From the human T2T-CHM13v2.0 reference genome, Homo sapiens: a stretch of DNA of 64,000 nt. Each line of letters opens with the position of its first letter. The first letter of the stretch is position 1. The stretch lies in assembly GCF_009914755.1 (NCBI RefSeq), contig NC_060931.1; one strand, 5' to 3'. Positions 1 through 12,947 of the stretch are shown in pieces. The notes below the pieces were generated by a model. It saw nothing but the letters and a program-made list of their open reading frames with translations, had not been told where the DNA came from and did not search any database. The position numbers and the translations under genes are program-made.

Positions 1-321
1 AGGCTGATTGTATCATCAAAATTAAAAACATTTGCGTTGTGATAGACCTTGGTAACAGTGAAAAGACGAGCCACAGACTGGGAGAAAATAGCTGGAAACC
101 ACGTAGCTGACATAGGACTCATATCTAGAATTTATAAGAAACTCTCAAAACTCAACAGAAAAAAAAAACCTAATTCAAAAATTGTCAGAAGACATTAAGA
201 GACATTTCACCGAAGAGGAGATAACATGGATAGCAAATAAGCACATGAAAAGACGTTCAGTGTCATGAGCTACTAAAGTAATGAATTAAGATCCCTTCAT
301 ACCTATTAGAAAAGCTGTAAT

Positions 322-759
<438 letters not shown>

Positions 760-784
760 TTAAGTTATATATTAGCATTAGTTA

Positions 785-1581
785 TATATTAGCATTCTCC
801 AGAGGAACAGAACCAATAGGATGTGTATGTACATGTATATCTAAAGAGAGATGTTTTTAAAGGAATTGGCTCATGAAGTTACGGAGGCTGGAAAGTCTAG
901 AGTCTGCAGGGTGGACCAGGAGGCTGGAGACCCAGGGAATAGTCGATGTTGTAGTTTAAGGCTGAAGGCTGTCTGCTGGCAGAGTTCTTCCTTCTGTGGG
1001 GGAGGTCAGTCTTTGTTCTGTTAGGATCTTCAACTGATAGATGAGGCCCACCATTGTTGCAGGATCTGCTTTACTCCAAGTCCACCGATTTAAATAGTCA
1101 TCCGCTAGGTACGGTGCCTCAGGTCTATAATCCTAGCCTTTTGAGAAGCTGAGGCTGGAGGATTGCTTGAGCCCAGGAGTTCAAGACCAGCCTGGGCAAT
1201 GTGGTGAGACCCTGTCTGTAGAAAAAATCAGAAAAATTAGTTGGGCATGGTGGCATCACGCACCTGTAGTCTCAGCTCCTCAGGAAGCTGAGGCAGGAAG
1301 ATCACTTGAGCCCAGGTGTTCAAGGCTGCAGCGAGCCATGATCACACCACCGTACTCTAGCTTGGATGACAGAGTGAGACCCTGTCTCGGTAGGTAGGTA
1401 GGTAGGTAGGTAGGTAGGTAGGTAGGTAGGTAGGTAGATTATAGATAGATAGATAGATAGATACAGACAGGCAATAATTTCATCAAAAAACACCCTCACA
1501 GAAACATAATAAGGATAATATTTGACCAAATACCTGGACACTATGGCCCAGCCAAGGTGACACACAAAATTAACCGTCACA
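785..1581. mobile_element. MLT2-family (ERVL) LTR containing an AluJ (~1103-1390, +)
   Basis: ttctccagaggaacagaaccaatagg start and aaaattaaccgtcaca end typical of MLT2. Confidence 0.7.
1389..1470 (+). repeat. (TAGG)n/(TAGA)n tetranucleotide microsatellite replacing an Alu tail
   Basis: Directly visible. Confidence 0.95.
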
Positions 1582-2409
1582 TCATACAGCCCAGCAGTTG
1601 CATCCCTTGCCATTTATTCCAGAGCAGTGAAAACTTTTTTCCGTACAAAAACCCTTGCATGATTGTTCATAGCAGCTTTATTTGTAATTGCTAACAATTG
1701 GAAAAACTAACATGTCCGTCAGTAGGTGAGTGGTTCAGCAAAGCAGTACACATTTCCTGGAGCACTGCTCCCACATTAAAAAAAAAAAAAAAAAAAAATG
1801 AACCATTGACACATGGAACACCTTGGATGACCTCAGGGGTATTATGTTGAGTGAAAAAATCAATCTCAAAAGGTCACATACTATACCAATTCCATTTATA
1901 TAATATTCTTAGAATGAGAACATTCTAGAAATGGAGAACAGGTTAGTGGTTGCCAGGGGTACACATGGGTGGGGCGGGAAGATCTTTGTGGTGATGGGAT
2001 AGTTCTGAGTCTCCATTGAGGTGGTGGTTACACACATCTGTGCACGTGCAGACCTGGCATGGAGCCCTGCACACACTTTATCACAGTGGCAGTTCCCGGG
2101 TTTGGGTGTTGCACTGTACGTCATTGTGTCAGATGTAACCAACAGGGGAAACTGGGTGAAGGGTATACCAGGCCTCTCTCTGCTGTCTTTGCAACTCCTG
2201 TGAGTTCATAATTGTATCAAAATAAAGGGTTTTTTAAAAAATTATTTTGGCATACCTTTTATTTAACTATATTTTCTTTTGGACACAATATTTTCCAAAA
2301 GGAGTTTGCATATACTGTGGAAATTTATGGAAAAGAATGTATAAGCTAGATAGCCTGAAGGAGAAACTGAGTTATTTAATATCTGGACTGAAATACATAT
2401 TGAATTTGT

Positions 2410-2625
2410 TTTGTTGTTGTCGTTGTTTTGAAGCAGGGTCTTGTTTTGTCCCCCGGGCTGGAGTGCAGTGGTGTAGTCATGGCTCACTGCAGCCTCCACC
2501 TCCTGCGCTCACGCAATACTCCCGGCTCAGCTTCCCGAGGAGCTGGGACCACAGTTGCGCGTCCCCACACCCAATTAGTTTTTCTGTCTTTTGTACAGAT
2601 CTGGTCTCCCTTTTTTGTCCTGGCT
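2410..2625 (-). mobile_element. AluJ-like, degenerate
   Basis: ggctggagtgcagtgg...gctcactgcagcctcc. Confidence 0.75.
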
Positions 2626-2650
2626 GAAATACTTACTGAATTTGTATATA

Positions 2651-2971
2651 CAGTTGGCCCTCTGTATCCACAGGTTCTGTGTCCATGGATTCAACCAATG
2701 GTGGATGGAAAATATTAAAAAAAAAAATGGAAAGAAATAATGCAGTAGTAAAAAAAATATAAATAATACAGTATAACAGTTTTTTACATAGCATTTACAT
2801 CGTATTAGGTATTACAAGTAATCTAGAGACTATTTATATGGGCGGATGTGCGTAGGTTATGTGTAGATAATGACACCATTTTATGTAAGAGACTTAAGCA
2901 TCTTTGGTTTGGATTTTGGTATCTTCAGGGATTCATGGAACCAGTCTCCCGCAGGTACTAAGGGATGACTG
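2651..2971 (+). mobile_element. MER2 (TcMar-Tigger) DNA transposon relic
   Basis: ta|cagttggccctctgtatcc ... agggatgactg|ta terminal inverted repeats with TA TSD. Confidence 0.8.
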
Positions 2972-3022
2972 TATAGTCTGCCCTCTTTTAAATGCTGCTT
3001 TAAAATATTATCTCCTAACTTA

Positions 3023-3208
<186 letters not shown>

Positions 3209-3474
3209 TTAAAGTTTCTTATGTTAAGATTTCTTTTTTAATTTGTGAAAATATTCACTTGATTGGCTTTGAATTACTTGCTAGATAACTTAGTATACAC
3301 CTTTTAAGTATAATCTTCGTGATCTTTTTAGCCTGTCATTTATGTAAATATTATATAAATTATTATGAAAAAATTTGGATTACTATTTGAATAATTTTAT
3401 TAGTATGCTTTTGTTTGAATAATGTTATTATCATGCTTCCTGATGAACAATATTATGGCTTTTATTTTTCCCAG

Positions 3475-3562
3475 CATTCTTCAGCATCCAAATATTCTTC
3501 AGTGTGTTGGACAGTGCGTAGAAGCGATTCCCTACCTCCTGGTGTTTGAGTTCTGTGACTTG
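3475..3562 (+). CDS. LMTK2: LMTK2 exon 6 (kinase domain, [29 protein letters not shown])
   Basis: ttttcccag acceptor, gtaagt donor, 88 bp, phase 2 to 0; kinase subdomain IV-V peptide. Confidence 0.97.
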
Positions 3563-6500
3563 GTAAGTTCCTTGAAGGAATTCAAGTTCGAGTATTCCAG
3601 AGGTTGTATTCAAGTGTTTTTGACAGATGGACATGCTGGATGAGGGGTTGCTTTCATGTCTGTCCCCCACTTGAAGAACTTTATGATGAGTTACTTTTAT
3701 TCCCTTTGGTGATGGTGATAGTGTTGACTGACACTTACATAGTGGTTTGTTACACTGCAGTCCCTGTGCTAAGCTATTTAGTTGCCTTACCACACTTAAT
3801 GATAACAAACTCCAGAGTTAGGTACCAATATTTGTCCATACTTTCCATGTGATGGCCATGGTGTGGATCAAGTGTGTAGCACAGCCAGAGCCAGAGCTTG
3901 GGTCTAGATGTGCCCTCCTAAGAGCGTGAACCAGGCTTGAAACATCTTGAAACACTTTAACCCCCTGAGAGAGCCCAAGAATCGCTTTACCTAGAGTACT
4001 CCTCATCCGTCAGCATCTGAAAATAGCAAACGTATGTGACATTTATATGTTTAAAGAGTTAGATTTATTTTCTTAAAAACCTTATTTCTTAGCATGATAA
4101 TATTATTTATTGGACAGTTGGAAAGATTGTTCTTTGTGCAGTTTCATGAATAATTTCAGTAGTAATTTCTATGTGGAATTTCCTCTAAACATCTTTTCCC
4201 GCATGCAGAATATTTCATCTTTTTTAAAAGCCCATTTTTAGCATGTAATTGTTATCTTCCAAAAACAGTGGTGAGCTGTTAATTGGATGAGTCAGGTTTT
4301 AATTGATTTCTTTGCATCATCTCAGTTTTCAGAACATTGAAACTTCCATGGCTGTGCATAGAAAAATAGGAGTACCCCAAAACAAATTCCCAGTTAATTC
4401 AAATAATATTTTCATCTGTTTAAATAAAGAACAGTAAGCATCGTGATTTTTTGTTTTAATTCCTAAGTGTGATTCGAGTATTTCTCTCATTGGCAGAGGT
4501 GGTTGATTAATAAACTTGATAACATTAGCTTTTGTTGGATTATGTAATAGTTACCCTCAAATATCTGTGGCTCATTGCAACAAAGTAGTTCTCACTCATC
4601 TTAGGTGTTGGCTTTGAGTCAACTGTGGCTCTCTTCTGGGCTGCATTCATCTTCACTCTAGGATCAGTGTTTTTTCGTGCCTGTAGATGCTGGAAAAGAA
4701 AAAAAGAGAAAGTGTATTCTGATGTTGTTCCTTAAAGCATTCTTCATGGCCTCTGGGTCAAGTTTGTGAGGTTGTTTAAATCTCTCATATCTTCTGATTT
4801 GGGGGAAGGAGTGTGGAGGGGGTTTGAGTCAGTTTTCTGTTGGTTACTGAGAGAGGCTCTAGTTAAAGATTTTCCTTATAATTCTGGTTGTTTTTACATT
4901 TTGATGCCCTGTTATGTAGGCATGAACATTTAAGGTTGGTATAATTTCCTACAATTTCAACCTTCTATCATTATGAAGGGGCTCTCTTTAAGGTTAAAAG
5001 CATTAATAAAGATAAAGTCTGGTTTTATTGATACTAATATAGTTAGACCAACTTTCTTTTGGTTGGAATTTGCCTGTCAAATTATATTTCTGTCAATCCT
5101 TTTCTTCTCTGGTTTACACCTCTTGTAAATAGTTTGTTGTTAAAAAATTTTTAAATCTTGCAATCGTGGTCACTTAAAATGGAATATGTAGTTCATTTAC
5201 GTTTCTTGTAATTAGTGAGATATTTGTAATTTTATCTACCTATTTGGTATTCTTTTTTGTACCCGTTACAATTTTTCTTTTTTGCTTTTTTTCTGTTCTT
5301 CTTTGGGATTCTCAATTTTTTTTGTTTGTTTCAATTTTCCCCATCTACAAGTCTGGACTTGAGATATTTGTTTCTTAATTTTTTGTGTGGTCGCACTAGA
5401 AATTACAGCATGCACATTTTTTAACCTAACAAAGTCTAAAATTAATATTTTAATCCTGCCCCAAAGGAGCTGGAAACTCCTAGAGCTCTCTCTCCATGTA
5501 AGGAAAACTGGAATTAAACCTACTTTTCTGGGCCACCCCATATTCTCTGCCATTGTGGAGGATGCTTATTCATTGGGCACTTAACTGAAGTAAGGCAGCA
5601 TGCTGCACCTGGAGATACCGAGACTCAGTGTGCTCGTTGTCCTCCAGGTCGCCCAGTGAGAGGTGACACAGGATCAATTATTTAGTAGAGGCATGAGAAC
5701 TAAGAGGAAGGAGTTCTCGCTGGGATTTCTCAGGGTGTTATTGCTTATTATTATATAATCGGTTTTGATGATCTCGATATGATCAGAGTTATAAAATTTA
5801 TGATCTTAGGTTATTATGATATAAAAATAGCTTCCTTTTAGTCTAGCTCTGTGTGACCCATGGAAGGTGATTTTGGCACTGACACAGCATCAACAAAAAA
5901 AAGTTAGGACACAGAGATGCGCCCTCAGGTGACAAGGCAAGTCTGCTCGTCAGAGGCCCGCTATTCTGAGCTGTTTCATGTTGCCTTTTTTGGTCCCTAA
6001 GCTCCTTATATTAATTATAAATAACAGTTGAGGCATAGTCTTTGTGAGTGACCATCACAGAAATAGAGCCGGAGGCAGCATCTATTTGACAATTGCCCGT
6101 TTCCCGGCTGATGGAGGTGGCTTGGAAAACTATCTCATATATTTTAGCATTTTCCAGTTCTTCTTTGCCCTTCTGCATGCGTTCTTGAAAGTTCCAGTAG
6201 ACAATGTTAGTTTTTTCATACAATGGTCAAAGACCTTGTCCACTCCGCTTCATGTTTTCTTCTGAATGGGTTCAGAAGATGGGCTTTGTTTTAATGCTAT
6301 TTTAATGTATTTTTTATAGCAGCTGTCCTTTTTGGGACTAGTAATTTAACCAGTTTTATAAAGAAACACAAAAACATGGTGGAATAACTCCTTTATGTTA
6401 CCATAAATGACCCAGTGTTGATCTAGAGTATTTCTGTATCTTTATCATTGTACAGACATCTTTATGAAAATATAAGAAATACATCTGTTCTTTAACTCAG

Positions 6501-6849
6501 CATCCTTATAATTTTTTCCCCAACAAATTTAGAGCTCAGACTTAAATACATGTTATCCAAATACTTAGACTAAGTATTCAAAGCATATTAACTTACCTAA
6601 ATTTGATTGGCTCTTATACTTTGGGGTGAATATTATGCATACAGCCTTCTAGAATGAGCAGATGTGACTTCATGAAACACATTTTATGTGACCCTCCTAA
6701 GTCACTCGGGGACGGTCACTCCTGAACATCCCGAGGAGCTCTGGTCGCCATCAAAAGCTTCCACTGGCAGTGCAGAGCTAATAGCTTGTTTAATTTAAGC
6801 GTCCCACCTAATGGTACATTGATCAATAAAATTTTTTAAGCCATCATTG

Positions 6850-7450
6850 TTCCTCAAATAATTAAAAATACAATTACCATATGATCCAGCTAGTTCCACT
6901 TCTGGGGATATATACAAAAGAAGTGAAAGCAGGCCCTCAGGCAGATATTTGCACACGTTATTCACAGTAATGGGTTATTATCGAAACCACTATTCACAGT
7001 AGCTGGGAGGTGGAAGTGGCCAGGTGTCCATCGATGGGTGAATGGATAAACCAAATCTGCTCTCTCTGTGCAATGGAGGATTGTTAAAAGGAAGGAAATT
7101 CCAACACAGGCTACAGCATGAATGAACCTTAAGGCCATTATGGGAAGTGAAACAAGCCAGTCACAAAAAGACAAGTTCTGGGTAATTCTACTTACAGGAG
7201 GGACCTAGAGTAGTCAGATTCCTAGAGACAGAAAGTAGAAAGGTGGGTGCCAGGGGTGGGCTGGGGCTGGGAAATGGGGAGTTGTTTAATGGATGCAAAG
7301 CTTCAGTTTTGTGAGTTGAACAAGTTCTGGAGGGGGCTGGTGGTAATGGTTGTGCAGCAAGAAGAATGTACTTAACTCTGGAATTGTAAAGTTAGACGTG
7401 GTTACAATGCCAAATGGTATTTTATGCATTTTTTTTTACCCCAGTAGAAA
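6850..7450 (+). mobile_element. L1MB-type 3' end
   Basis: aattaccatatgatccagc, ccacttctggggatata, ggatgcaaagcttcagtttt motifs. Confidence 0.75.
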
Positions 7451-9599
7451 AAAATGGATAATTACCTCCCACAATTTAAGGTGCCATGTCAGGTGCTACC
7501 TATGTTCGGAGGCTAGGATGCCCTTTGGAAATCTTTGGTTATCACTTGGCGTGGCCAGTCATATATCAGAGTCAAGGTCATAAACACAGGGTGCCACCAA
7601 CTTGTCCAGCAGTGGGAGGTCACATTGTTTCCTTGGGCAATTTCATACATATCACTTCTGGGCTCTCGTAAACTTGAAAAGGAACAGGTTTTCCAGCAGC
7701 AAGGACTAGGGGCCTGACAGGGTTCTTGGCACTGAAGTCCAGCTTCTCCGGGCTCCCACCGTGTGGCAAGAACGGTCAGGTAGCACCAGCCCAGGGAGCC
7801 AGAGAGGGCATCTACTTGAAGGGACCGAGGGTTGTCCCATGGGACACACCAAAGTGTCTCTTTGACACTGAGCCCAGCTCCCAGCCTGGATGACCCAAAA
7901 CCTGCCCAGAAACAGGCCTTTCTGATCAGAGGGGCATAACCCAAGGCAGGACCTGCCCCCTGGCCGCAATACAAAGGGCACAAAGGGCACAGAGGGCAGC
8001 GGTCTGGGCTCTGTAAAAAGCTGCTGTGGCCACGGTGAAGGACCGGCTATCGCTGCCTGTCTTAGCAGGTCAAGAGCGATTGAATGAACAGTGGCCTTTT
8101 CAGTCGTCATCCTGCAGTCATCATGCCCAATGATAACATCTCCCAAGTAGAAAGGAGAAAATATTTTTGCACTTACTTAATTCCTTGTAAGATGGAATTA
8201 ACCAGCCTGTTTTTAAAAGGCACTTAATCATGGAATTTTTATGAAAGTAAATGAAAACTCCTCTGAGTGCATTTTGTAGCTGGCCTGCAGCCACAGATTT
8301 GCAATGCTGACGGTGACAATGTTTATGAGAGGAGCCGAGAGATGACTGTAGGGTGTTTTATAGAACTTGTTGCCATGGCAGGTACACGCCGCTCTCACGT
8401 GAATATCAAGGCAATGAGACTTTTGATTAAGGATCACTCACTCAACAAAAATGGATTGAGCAAATTCGAAGTGCCGGGAGCTGCCTGGTGCTTTAAGGAA
8501 CACAGAAGTGAATAAGCCCCGCCCCTGACTTGCCTGCTCGGATGTTCATTCTGCCACTCACTGGTTTATCACCTTGGAAAATCCCTTAACCTCTTCTGTA
8601 AAATGGCAGTAATACTGTCTCCCCTTAGAACTGCCCTGACCATTAAGTAAGATGATGGATGAGATTACCGAGCACAAGGAAAATGCTCAGTAAGTGGTGG
8701 CCATTTTTAGTTACTAAAATTGATTGATTCTAATTATTAAATAAAAGCTTGGGTAGTGCGTATAGAAGTACGGGAGTCCTAACCAGGATCACTGGGGAAG
8801 GCTTTGTAAAGGCAGTGTGGAGACAGGGGATGCTGTGCCCTGGTGGCGAGGCCAGCTGGGTCTGTTGGGAAGGCTCAAGTGGAAGGGGTAAGGACAGAGA
8901 ACAAAGCACGCTGGAGACCAGGCTGCCAGCCGGGAGAGAAAAAGGAGGATGTAGACTAACCTTTGCCACATCCTAGTCTTTCTTATTGGTCAGCAATTTC
9001 TTCAGCTCCATCACCTGGCCCCGGAGCAGATGATACTGTGTTCTTGAATGTTGTATCCTGAGCTCCTTTACTAAATTCAGCCAGTAAAACATGGAGTCAG
9101 TTTCTGAAGGCAGTTCGCAGTGGAGAAGGGGAAGGATGTCCACTGTTTCTGAAGGCAGTTCGCAGTGGAGAAGGGGAGGGCATCCGCTGGCTATCCTTTG
9201 ACAGTAGTGCGTTGCTCTGTGGGACTTGGGCTCTTCTGTTTCTCATGAAGAGCGGTGACTTGGGGGCAGAATCAGAGGAGCTTAGACCCATGGGCTCTTA
9301 GACCTGGAAGGAACCTTGGCCACTGCCCACAACGGGGAGTACGATGAGGAAGCTCTGAGCATTCTGGGCTAGGCCCAGTGCTGGGCATTTGATGTATGTT
9401 CCCATCGAGTGAGTTGTCTTGACAACGCTGTGAGACCCATAGCAGTAGCTTCAGTCTACAGATGAGGAAACCAAGGCCGAGAGAGGGGAAGGGACTGGCT
9501 GAAGAATCAGACCCAGGCTGCGTGTGTCAGGGTTGGTGATGGACTTGCCTGAGGGTGCAGAGTTACCAGTGCCAAAGTGAGTGTGTTTACGGGTGGCTT

Positions 9600-9735
9600 G
9601 ATTTTATTCTAATTTTATTCTATTGTTTTTAAAAATAGAAATGGGGTCTCACTATATTGCCCAGGCTGGTCTCAAACTCCTGGTCTCAAGTGATCTTCCC
9701 ACCTCAGCCTCCGAAAGTGCTGGAATGACCCGGCC
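9600..9735 (-). mobile_element. FLAM/Alu monomer
   Basis: ggggtctcactatattgcccaggctggtctcaaactcctgg. Confidence 0.8.
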
Positions 9736-10529
9736 CTGTGTACTTTTATACCAGGTGGTTTAATGCCACTACCAGCGGGAGGCCTCCATTTTAGAATTGG
9801 CCTCTTTGGTGCAGAAATGCCTAATTAATGGGCAGCTCTTCTTTATGAATGTAGTTATTAATAAGCCCCATGCACCAGGGCACCTCAGTTCAGCAATTTC
9901 TCCTCAGGCACCGGGCACACCAAGATGGATGACGTGTCGTTGCCCCTAAGGAGCTCATGTAGAGGAGAGGGGACACAGAGTCACGGTGGAACAGGCGTGA
10001 GGAGAGCTGGGGGCACAGGTGGATGGGGTCCCTGACCAGAGCCAGCAGAGGGGAGGCCTGTGCTGGACAACCGCATGGGTTGAGGTGTGGGGGTGATTGG
10101 GTCGGGGGTACGTTCCCAGTCCCTGCGTCTGCCCTGTTCCAGTGCCCGGCCCTGTGCTGGGGCCCTGCCAATGGCCTTGGCCCTCCCCACGCCTGGCTGC
10201 AGCCCGGGCACTACGGCCTTGGCCCTTGCTGAGTCTGCCTCGGCTGCCTCTGGCCAGGCCCTTCCGGTCTTCCCTGGTGCCTGCTCTCCCTCCCCTGCAT
10301 TTCCTCCATCAGCACTGCTTCCCCATGTGTGTGGCCACACTGCTCCTAGGTGCTGTCTTCTTTCTCCCCTGTTGCTGCAGTGACAGGTCATCGCTGCTTA
10401 TAACCAAGGTGTGCACCTGTAGCTGGAGCGCTGGAGCCACACGGAGTGGCAGCTGTGATTTCAGCAGAGGTTCTCTGGCGCCCTCCGATGGTGCTTGGGC
10501 AGGCTGATGGGGGCCTCACTGTTGTCCGT

Positions 10530-11016
10530 AAAAGTTTAAAAAGAAAAACACTTTTAATAGAAAAATTTACAGAATAAGGATATAAAGAAAAATATTTTTG
10601 TACAACTGTGCAATGTGTTTTTGTTTTAACCTAAGTGTTATTACAAAAAGACTCAAAAGTTTTAAAAAATTAAAAAGTAAAAAAGTTACAGTAAGCTAAG
10701 GTATATTATTGAGAAAGACAAAATTTTTATATAGATTTAGTGTGGTCTAAGGGTCTCTTGAGCCCAGGAGGTCAAGGCTGCATACAGAAATACTTGCCAT
10801 CGTGTTACAGTGGCTTACACTGTTTTCAGTGCAGTAACATGCTCTATAGGTTTGAAGCCTAGGCTGTAGCAAGAAACCACCCTCTGTAGCCTCAGGGTGC
10901 AGTAGGCTGACCATCTAGGTTCATGTAAGTATACTCTGTGATGTTTGCACGATGGTGAAATTGCCTAACAACACATTTCTCAGAAGGCATCCCCAGTGTT
11001 AAGTGACACACGACTG
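10530..11016. mobile_element. Tigger3/MER7-family DNA transposon fragment with internal deletion
   Basis: Terminal cccagtgttaagtgacacacgactg|ta; body matches recalled Tigger3 consensus. Confidence 0.75.
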
Positions 11017-11339
11017 TATTTTAACAGAATTTTGGAATAATTTAGACTCTCTGTTCTCAAAGTAACATTTACTATACAAAGATAAACTTTCAAAGAGAAT
11101 CAGATTTTACTTAAAGAATATTATTTTCCCAAATTAAGTGTCTTTGGCTAGCTTTAATGTCCAGAGTAATGAAGTAATAAATTTAAAAGCCCAGTAAAAA
11201 TGTGAAATTTCAGATTTACTCCTAAGTTCATTCTTATTAGATTATTAAATGGAAATGATAGGGTGGGGCGGCTTTGGGAAAACAGTTGTCCCAACTTTAA
11301 CCTGTAGGGCATCATTTAGAATGTCTGCCTAAGTGTTTT

Positions 11340-12300
11340 TTCTTTTTTCTCCCATTCATTAAGCAAATATTAAACACATGCTGTGTGCCCAGCACTGTTC
11401 TAGGTTTTAGAGACACAATAGGGAACTAGACGGAGTCCTAGCCATGTCTAGCTTGCTTTTTAGTGGTAGAGACAGACAAGGAAATAAAACAGCAGGGAGG
11501 AACCCAGGCTATCACGGTTGGATTTATGTTTTCAGGGACTGGCTTTGGCTGCTCAGGCGAATGGATGCAGGGAGGCCGCAGGGAGACTGGCGCAGGTGTG
11601 TCCTCAAGGTGGGGTGGTGCTGGGACCAATACCACAGCAGCGGAGGCATGGGAGGTAGTTTGAAAACAGACCCAGAACTTGGTGACGGGTTGGATGTGGC
11701 TGCCTAGAGGCAGAACTCACAAATGACATCTTCACTTTTGGTCTGACGCACTTGGAAAACGGCGATGCCACTTACTGAGACTGGCAGAGGTTTGTGCCAG
11801 AGGGCTCTTAGGCATACAGGGAGGGAAGTTGAGTCAGGAGATGAGGGGCTGGGCCAGAGAGCTGTACGTGAGGCATGGGCTTTCAAGCCATGGGGTGGCT
11901 GAAACCCCTGGTCGGGGAGCGCCCCCAGGACTGAGGACCAGGACGGAGCTCCAGGGTCCTTACGGATCAACGAGAGGAGGGAGAGCCAGTGGGGGGGCCG
12001 AGGAAGGAGCGGCCAGTGGGATAAGAAGAAACGCAGGAGGTTGCGGTGCCCGAAGGCTGGTGAAGAACATGTTTAAGCAAGGAAAGAACGGGCCGGTCTC
12101 CATTAATGCTGGTGAGATGAGACCCGACCAGCTGTGCTTGGGGAGAAGTGGGCAGGTCACTCCTTGATAGGCCTGGCGAGAGCAGCTGCCACTGAATGGT
12201 GGATGCAAGTGCTTCTGATGGTGGCAAGGGGTTCCTGAACAAGGAGCCAGGACCGACCAGGCTTCTGAGGAGTTTAACTACGGAAAGGAGAAAGAAGTGG
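11340..12300. mobile_element. Degenerate L2 relic
   Basis: cattcattaagcaaatattaaacacatgctgtgtgcccagcactgttctagg L2 3'-end-like motif followed by L2-like purine-rich body. Confidence 0.55.
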
Positions 12301-12930
12301 AGGGCTGGGGAGGGGAGGGCTGGGTTTACCTGGGAGGTGTTTGGGGCCAGAGCAGAGAGAAGAGATGGACTCTCGAGAGGACTGAGCTTAGAAAGGCACA
12401 AGACGAAGAATCCATGGCAACCAAAGAGGAGATGATGTATAAGGTTATGGATGCCAGTGGGCGGGGGGACCAGTGGTGCTGAGAAAAAATAGACACAGGC
12501 AGAGAGCTGCTGGGAGGGAAGCGAGGCCCCGGGCTTCGCGGAGGCGTGGCGGCGTCAGCTGCCCCAGTCTGCATGTCTTCTATTTCATTAGCAGAAGCGG
12601 GGATGTTGCGCTGTCTATATCATTCTTTCATCCTTTCAATAAAATTATTGAAGATTATGTTTTTCCCCAGAATCATCCTATTAAACATATAAATGACTTT
12701 AATTTTTCAGTTCTAAAGCTATTTACTTGTTGACTTTTTACACAGTACTGAAATTAATTAATTGCTCCTAGTGTCCTGCAGAAAAGCTATATAAAGCCCT
12801 CCCTGGCCATTCATGTCAGCATTGAGGAGCGGGCTTGCGAGGAACCTATTTACAGGTGTTTGAATGACTCATTCTACCAGGGCGTTGCAGGTCACTTGCT
12901 CTGCTGATGGAGAGCTTGGTGTAGCGCTCT

Positions 12931-12947
12931 GCTGCCATCTAGTGTCC
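12931..12947 (-). promoter_or_regulatory. CTCF motif
   Basis: gctgccatctagtgtcc = rc of GGACACTAGATGGCAGC, close to CCASYAGRKGGCRS. Confidence 0.6.

Noticed and set aside
763-796. 17-bp tandem repeat agttatatattagcatt
   Set aside because: Small slippage duplication at an LTR edge; no functional indication
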